Source of the DNA: a candidate division WOR-3 bacterium
GTDB taxonomy: Bacteria; Hydrothermota; Hydrothermia; JBDRYB01
Assembly (NCBI GenBank): GCA_039803205.1
Contig: JBDRYB010000008.1
Coordinates: 8,506-72,505 of the forward strand
Direction: 5' to 3'
Length of the DNA: 64,000 nt
Part shown: piece after piece, positions 59,564-64,000 of the stretch
Layout: every line of letters begins with the position of its first letter
Numbering within the stretch: position 1 is the first letter of the stretch
Notes under the pieces: generated by a model
What the model was told of the DNA's origin: nothing
The model's input: the letters and a program-made list of their open reading frames with translations, nothing else
The model's database searches: none
Program-made: the position numbers and the translations under genes

Positions 59564-59781
59564 GTGTAGTAGGATTGCACGAACGGCAAGAGCGCCATTA
59601 TCCGCGCCCTTTTTATGGCCACCGAGAGACGCCTCTGATGGTAAGCACAAAGGCCCGTTGAGCGCCTTGAGAGCATTTTGCCCCTCTGGGTGATGTAGCG
59701 CCTCAGGGTCTCGGTATCCTTATAGTCTATTACCCTGATATCCAGCTTACAGAACTCGCATGTTTTCTTTTTCTTTGGCAT
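59560..59781 (-). CDS. rpsR: 30S ribosomal protein S18 (Zn-binding type)
   Basis: [27 protein letters not shown]. Confidence 0.96.
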   Translation of the reverse strand: MPKKKKTCEFCKLDIRVIDYKDTETLRRYITQRGKMLSRRSTGLCAYHQRRLSVAIKRARIMALLPFVQSYYT

Positions 59782-59790
59782 CCCAATACC

Positions 59791-60222
59791 TCAAAACGGA
59801 AGTTCCTCCTCGGGCAGACCCTCTTCAAAGTCGGGCAAAACATCTGGTCTTGCTGATTCTTCGGCCTCCTCGGCCTCAGAGACCGCTTTGTCAAGGGCCT
59901 GAACCCTCATGGCCTGTATCTCTATGGTGTTCCTCTTCTGTCCCTCGCTTTCCCACTGACGATAAACGAGTCTTCCCTCTACCACTACCGCGGAGCCTTT
60001 GACGAGCTTGCCGCCAAGGCGTTCGGCGTGGGGACCCCAAAGGACAGCCCTGATATAAACCACATCCTTTCTCCATTCATCTCCGACGAGATATTGTCTG
60101 TCAGATGCTATTTGCATGTTGAGAACAGGCCTGCCGCTTGGTGTGTATCTCAGCTCAGGGTCATGAGTGAGCCGCCCAGAGAGTATCACATAGTTTATGC
60201 TTGGTAAACGGAGCTCTGGCAT
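59791..60222 (-). CDS. ssb: Single-stranded DNA-binding protein
   Basis: GRLTHDPELRYTPSG, KGSAVVVEGRL, acidic tail EEELPF. Confidence 0.96.
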   Translation of the reverse strand: MPELRLPSINYVILSGRLTHDPELRYTPSGRPVLNMQIASDRQYLVGDEWRKDVVYIRAVLWGPHAERLGGKLVKGSAVVVEGRLVYRQWESEGQKRNTIEIQAMRVQALDKAVSEAEEAEESARPDVLPDFEEGLPEEELPF

Positions 60223-60223
60223 G

Positions 60224-60505
60224 TCATTCCTCCCTTATCACGATTCCTCGGATTATATCCGGGTTCATCCTGAACTCACTGTAGAGTTCAGCCGGGACAC
60301 TGGGCGGTGCATCAAATTGTATGACCATGTAAAAACCCTCCTTGTGCCCCTTTATCTCGTAGGCCATCTCGCGCCTTCCCCATTCCTCTATGCTCAAAAC
60401 CTCTCCTTCCTTTGAGATCATCTTCTTTATCCTCTCACCCAGCTTGGCTATGGCCTCCTCATCCAAGGCCGGGTTGAGGATGACCATGGTCTCGTATTTC
60501 CTCAT
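60224..60505 (-). CDS. rpsF: 30S ribosomal protein S6
   Basis: MRKYETMVIL, WGRREMAYEI, GFY. Confidence 0.95.
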   Translation of the reverse strand: MRKYETMVILNPALDEEAIAKLGERIKKMISKEGEVLSIEEWGRREMAYEIKGHKEGFYMVIQFDAPPSVPAELYSEFRMNPDIIRGIVIREE

Positions 60506-60559
60506 GTCCTCTCTCCTCGGTCCCATATTTAGGGGGTCGGTTATTCCGACCGGTTTTTA

Positions 60560-60642
60560 TGGAGGGAGGAGGATTCGAACCTCCGTAGGCTTCAGCCAGC
60601 GGGTTTACAGCCCGCCCCCTTTGGCCGCTTGGGTATCCCTCC
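60560..60642 (-). tRNA. tRNA-Tyr (GTA), CCA not encoded
   Basis: GGAGGGATACCCAAGCGGCCAAAGGGGGCGGGCT-GTA-AACCCGC, long variable arm, GGTTCGAATCC, CCCTCCA. Confidence 0.95.
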
Positions 60643-60655
60643 AGGTCCTAACCAG

Positions 60656-60729
60656 AGCTGGTGGTGGGACTTGAACCCACGACCTGCTGATTACAAATCA
60701 GCTGCTCTGCCGGATTGAGCTACACCAGC
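60656..60729 (-). tRNA. tRNA-Thr (TGT), CCA not encoded
   Basis: GCTGGTGTAGCTCAATCCGGCAGAGCAGCTGATT-TGT-AATCAGCAGGTCGTGGGTTCAAGTCCCACCACCAGCT. Confidence 0.95.
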
Positions 60730-60796
60730 GGGATCAAATTATAAGGCAAGTGATTGATCCCGCGCCAACTCAGTAAGCATTTGCTTTGGGGTGGTG

Positions 60797-61453
60797 CTAA
60801 AGGGCGGAGAGGCTGATTTTTCTGGTGAATAGGCCCCCAAGCTCAGAATCCTCGTGGCTTACAGCGACTACTGTCTTTCCTGATGACCTGAATCTTTCCA
60901 GGACATCCAGGAGGGTTCTCTTTCCTCTGGTATCCAAACCAGCCATCGGCTCATCAAGAAGGAGGACATCGTGATCCATGGAGAGGAGGGTTGCCATTGC
61001 GGCTCTGCGCTTCTGCCCCCAGCTGAGGTGATACGGGGGCCTTCCCAATAAATCTGTGATGTCCATTAGATCAGCGGCTCTCATCACCCTACCCTGAACA
61101 TCGTCAAGCCCGGTTCTCGCTGGTCCGAACGCGATGTCCTCCCCAACGGTCGGAGAGAAAAGCTGGACATCAGGCTCCTGGAAAAGAATGCCAACCCTCC
61201 GCCTGAACCAGAGTGAGAATTTCTCGTCCTCAAGGGCCCTTTCGGTAAGAGGTTTTCCCTCAAAAAGAACGATTCCCTGTTGCGGAAAGATGAGCCCTGC
61301 CATGAGCCACAGGAGGGTTGTCTTTCCGGAGCCATTCTCGCCGGTTATGAGCAGGAAATCCCCCTCATTAACCGAGAGGGAGACATCCTTCAGGGCCTGA
61401 ATCCCATTCGGGTAGGTGAATGATACATTCTCAATACGGATCAGGATACCCAT
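60797..61453 (-). CDS. ECF transporter ATPase (NikO/CbiO)
   Basis: GENGSGKTT, FQEPDVQLF, LSWGQKRR, LLDEP. Confidence 0.92.
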   Translation of the reverse strand: MGILIRIENVSFTYPNGIQALKDVSLSVNEGDFLLITGENGSGKTTLLWLMAGLIFPQQGIVLFEGKPLTERALEDEKFSLWFRRRVGILFQEPDVQLFSPTVGEDIAFGPARTGLDDVQGRVMRAADLMDITDLLGRPPYHLSWGQKRRAAMATLLSMDHDVLLLDEPMAGLDTRGKRTLLDVLERFRSSGKTVVAVSHEDSELGGLFTRKISLSAL

Positions 61454-62205
61454 AGGATAACGGCGAGGGCCAGAAGGAAAACAGCGAACCAAACCATATC
61501 ACCCAAAGCAAAATGCCACCCGATTCTCCTTTGGTTTAGTCCAGGATAGCCCCTCGCTTTCATTGCTATATAAACCTTTTCTCCTGTCTCAGCCGAGCGC
61601 GCGAAAAGCGATCCAGCCCTTGAGGCCAGGAAGCACAAGTTGGTACTGAAATCTTCCTTCGGGTCCCTCGCGAGCCTGCCCAGGAACATCTCCCAAGCCT
61701 CCCTCGCTAGGAGCGAGATGTATCTGTGCGCGCCCAGGATCATCTCAGCAAAAACCGATGGTAGCGGCAAGGCAGAAAGCAAGGCGTGTGGTTCCTCGGT
61801 TAGGGAGCCGGCCCCTGCCCAGCATATTGCCGCTGTGGTTCTGAGAGAGAGCGTGAGGGCAGAGCTCAGCCCCCCTGGGTAGATCTGAAAAAACCAAAAG
61901 CGCAAAGGCTCTCCGGAGCCGGCTGGAACGAGGAGCGCGGGGAGGGGAAGGATCAGGCCGAAAAGGAGGACCGGAGGCCCGAGCCTCGGCAACAGGGATA
62001 GGGGCCTAGCGTTCCACATCAGGGCAAAGCTCAGGGCGAGCCCGACCAAAAGGGCTAGGGACACCCTATTGTTTATTAGCGAGGAAGCGATTATACCGGA
62101 CAGAATAATCAATATCTTGATAAAAGGAGATGGCCCTCCCCGGTTCAAGGGCTTGGGGAAGGCCAGACGACCTATGGTTTTCAGGTTCTTTCTGGAGAAG
62201 CCCAA
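61441..62205 (-). CDS. ECF transporter transmembrane component (NikQ/CbiQ)
   Basis: TM helices, RYI, LAR and AMKARG motifs; start approximate (TTG). Confidence 0.82.
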   Translation of the reverse strand: MGFSRKNLKTIGRLAFPKPLNRGGPSPFIKILIILSGIIASSLINNRVSLALLVGLALSFALMWNARPLSLLPRLGPPVLLFGLILPLPALLVPAGSGEPLRFWFFQIYPGGLSSALTLSLRTTAAICWAGAGSLTEEPHALLSALPLPSVFAEMILGAHRYISLLAREAWEMFLGRLARDPKEDFSTNLCFLASRAGSLFARSAETGEKVYIAMKARGYPGLNQRRIGWHFALGDMVWFAVFLLALAVILWVS

Positions 62206-62206
62206 A

Positions 62207-62518
62207 TTATTTGCCCTGCTCCTTTTTCCCAAGCACAAGTAGGTAGACGAGGACGACGCACATGCCCATGCCAACCAATCCGGAAACGATGTAGATGACG
62301 GCCTGGCTCCAGAAGCTCTCGCCCAGCTGGGGCAAGGAGTAGTCCGGGATCAGGACGAAAGGATGAAGCTCAGAAAACCTCTGTAGCCCAGCCGGAATAG
62401 TAATGCCCATCTCCTCAAGCTCCTCTAGCCCCCATTCGCCCCAAGCGGTTCCGGGCGCGAGCATTCCGAGGGGAGAGAGAAGCACCAGTATCCCGAGGGT
62501 TATCCATAGCCTTTTCAT
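62207..62518 (-). CDS. ECF accessory component (NikN/PDGLE-like)
   Basis: SPLG, AWGEWG, PDY, two TM helices. Confidence 0.82.
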   Translation of the reverse strand: MKRLWITLGILVLLSPLGMLAPGTAWGEWGLEELEEMGITIPAGLQRFSELHPFVLIPDYSLPQLGESFWSQAVIYIVSGLVGMGMCVVLVYLLVLGKKEQGK

Positions 62519-62521
62519 TTC

Positions 62522-63196
62522 TCAGCTCCCCCTTATCCTATCTGGAAAGCTCCTGGCCACGAACCAGAAGGCCGCTCCGGTGAAGAGGGCCTCAGCGACC
62601 CCAGCAACAGCCAGATGGCCGATCATCATGGCCGGAATTGCCACGCTTAGCCCATAGGGACAATACAGCGGTGCTCCTGTCGCATCCTTGAACAGAGCGG
62701 GTTGGATCCCGAACTCCACAGCCGCAACCAGGGCGGCTAGGTTTATGGCTATATACGAGGCAACAGCAACCGATGTGATTCTCCTGGCAGATGCTATTCC
62801 AGAATTCCCGGCCATGAGCCTGTAAAGCCAGTAACCCACTAAAGGCAGTATCACGGCCATGTTCAGGATGTTGGCACCCAGGGACAGGATCCCTCCGTCT
62901 CCGAATATGAGCGCCTGGATTATCAGGACAACCGAGACCGCTATAACCGCTGGCCACGGCCCCACCAGAGCGGTTATGAGGGTTCCGCCAACAGCGTGGC
63001 CGGTTGTCCCTCCTGGTAGGGGTATGTTGAACATCTGGATGACGAAACTCATGGCAGTGGTGAGCGCGAGGATAGGAATGGCTTTTGAAGACAGTTGCCT
63101 TCTGATCCAGATGAAGGCCCTTATGAGAAACGGGGCCGATCCCCCAGCGAGAACAGCGCAAGTTTGTGGGCTCAGGTATCCGTCAGGTATGTGCAT
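62522..63196 (-). CDS. ECF substrate component NikM/CbiM (probably nickel)
   Basis: Metal-binding N-terminus MHIPDGYL, PGGTTGH, QALIFGDGG. Confidence 0.93.
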   Translation of the reverse strand: MHIPDGYLSPQTCAVLAGGSAPFLIRAFIWIRRQLSSKAIPILALTTAMSFVIQMFNIPLPGGTTGHAVGGTLITALVGPWPAVIAVSVVLIIQALIFGDGGILSLGANILNMAVILPLVGYWLYRLMAGNSGIASARRITSVAVASYIAINLAALVAAVEFGIQPALFKDATGAPLYCPYGLSVAIPAMMIGHLAVAGVAEALFTGAAFWFVARSFPDRIRGS

Positions 63197-63204
63197 ATTG
63201 CCCC

Positions 63205-63792
63205 CTAGAAGTCAAAGGTGAACCCTGTGCTGAGATCGTGCCCATGGCCCTTTGTCCAGTGATAACCAAGATCGAGCAAGAGGTTGTTCGCCGGGAAAAA
63301 CCGGATCCCACCGCCGAGTGAGGTTTCTTCCGACGAGAAGACATCCGCGCAGAGCCCCAGCTTCTCGTGCGGATAATATACCCCGGCGCTCCCGAACGAG
63401 AGCCTAGGATTCCCGTATTCGTAGACCAGGTTCGTGAGGAGCTCTACAGGTCCCAGCTCTTTTCCGAGGATGGCCCAGAGATCGTATGACCCATCTCCAG
63501 GAGCCCAGCAGGCTATGAGCCCTATGTCCGGAATGTATCCCTTATGGGAAAGAAATCCCCATTTGGTTGAGAGCTCAAAGCCTCCCAGTTCCCGAGGTTC
63601 GCTCGCTGTCCACGGAAAACCCATGTCCAGCTCAAACTTACCCCAGCCGTATTTCCACTGAAAGTAGCCCTCTCTCGCGTTCAGGAGGCCCTGGCCTCCC
63701 TCCAGCTCAAAAACCCCAGCGTCAACCGGCCAAGGATCATCCGTGTATAGGGGCCTCGTGCTAAGAAGTGCCAAGGACAGTAGCGTTATCAT
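63205..63792 (-). CDS. Putative outer-membrane beta-barrel leading the Ni ECF operon
   Basis: RPLYTDD..PV..G.FELE N-terminus, amphipathic strands, terminal FTFDF. Confidence 0.7.
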   Translation of the reverse strand: MITLLSLALLSTRPLYTDDPWPVDAGVFELEGGQGLLNAREGYFQWKYGWGKFELDMGFPWTASEPRELGGFELSTKWGFLSHKGYIPDIGLIACWAPGDGSYDLWAILGKELGPVELLTNLVYEYGNPRLSFGSAGVYYPHEKLGLCADVFSSEETSLGGGIRFFPANNLLLDLGYHWTKGHGHDLSTGFTFDF

Positions 63793-63808
63793 CAGTTCTC
63801 TCCTTTTG

Positions 63809-63836
63809 GTGTTACGAATTTAGAAAATTATAACAC
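63809..63836. promoter_or_regulatory. NikR-type operator overlapping the -10 box of the Ni ECF operon
   Basis: Perfect GTGTTA-N16-TAACAC with AT-rich spacer; minus-strand TATAAT lies within it. Confidence 0.85.
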
Positions 63837-64000
63837 TAAGCCTTGCCCCGGATCAACCCCGTGATCTTTGCAAGGTTCAGTCCGGTTTTCCGGGCACAGC
63901 TGGCCCGGATTCGGCCTTTGGATTAGAATATGGGCCACCTCCTCTGAGAGGTATGGAAAAAAATGGAAAGATGAAAGGAGATGGCCCATGAACATCACGA

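Noticed and set aside
60560..60800. Genomic island integrated at the tRNAs
   Set aside because: No integrase and no duplicated tRNA 3' end found in the window.
1571..63764. Numerous antisense and alternative-frame ORFs in the six-frame track, and long N-terminal extensions (e.g. pdxS 32922, prfA 42156, rplI 59650, dapA 51420)
   Set aside because: They overlap well-supported genes and lack family motifs; downstream starts fit SD or promoter positions and family lengths better.
63793..63990. Cobalamin riboswitch ahead of the ECF operon
   Set aside because: No B12-box; the leader is very short and a NikR-type operator explains the region.

Overview
Gene-dense chromosomal segment from a diderm bacterium. 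Four proteins end in T9SS/FlgD-like C-terminal sorting domains, and there is a gingipain-like C25 protease and many lipoproteins; by inference this suggests an FCB-related candidate phylum such as WOR-3/TA06. Most of the window is housekeeping: mtnA, gatB, ribBA-ribH, tldD, hypD, murQ, rbfA-truB, pdxS, cdsA, prfA, tpiA-secG-rplU, phoH, dapA, plsY, rpsF-ssb-rpsR-rplI, tRNA-Thr and tRNA-Tyr, and a Ni-type ECF transporter operon with a perfect NikR-type operator. I see no integrase, transposase, prophage or CRISPR array. The most interesting signals are: (1) a secreted protein built of three tandem phage tail-collar/HxH needle units plus a T9SS-like tail, possibly a single-chain pseudo-trimeric fibre tip; (2) a two-gene module of a trimeric-fibre-like protein with an autocleaving chaperone and a small T9SS-tagged partner; (3) ultra-short signal peptides; (4) pervasive leaderless promoter architecture; (5) strong TCGA/GTAC avoidance alongside an orphan DNA methyltransferase; (6) a DGGGP-synthase-like gene beside cdsA; (7) a degenerate GTP cyclohydrolase II domain. 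All family assignments come from motif recognition by eye, not from database searches.
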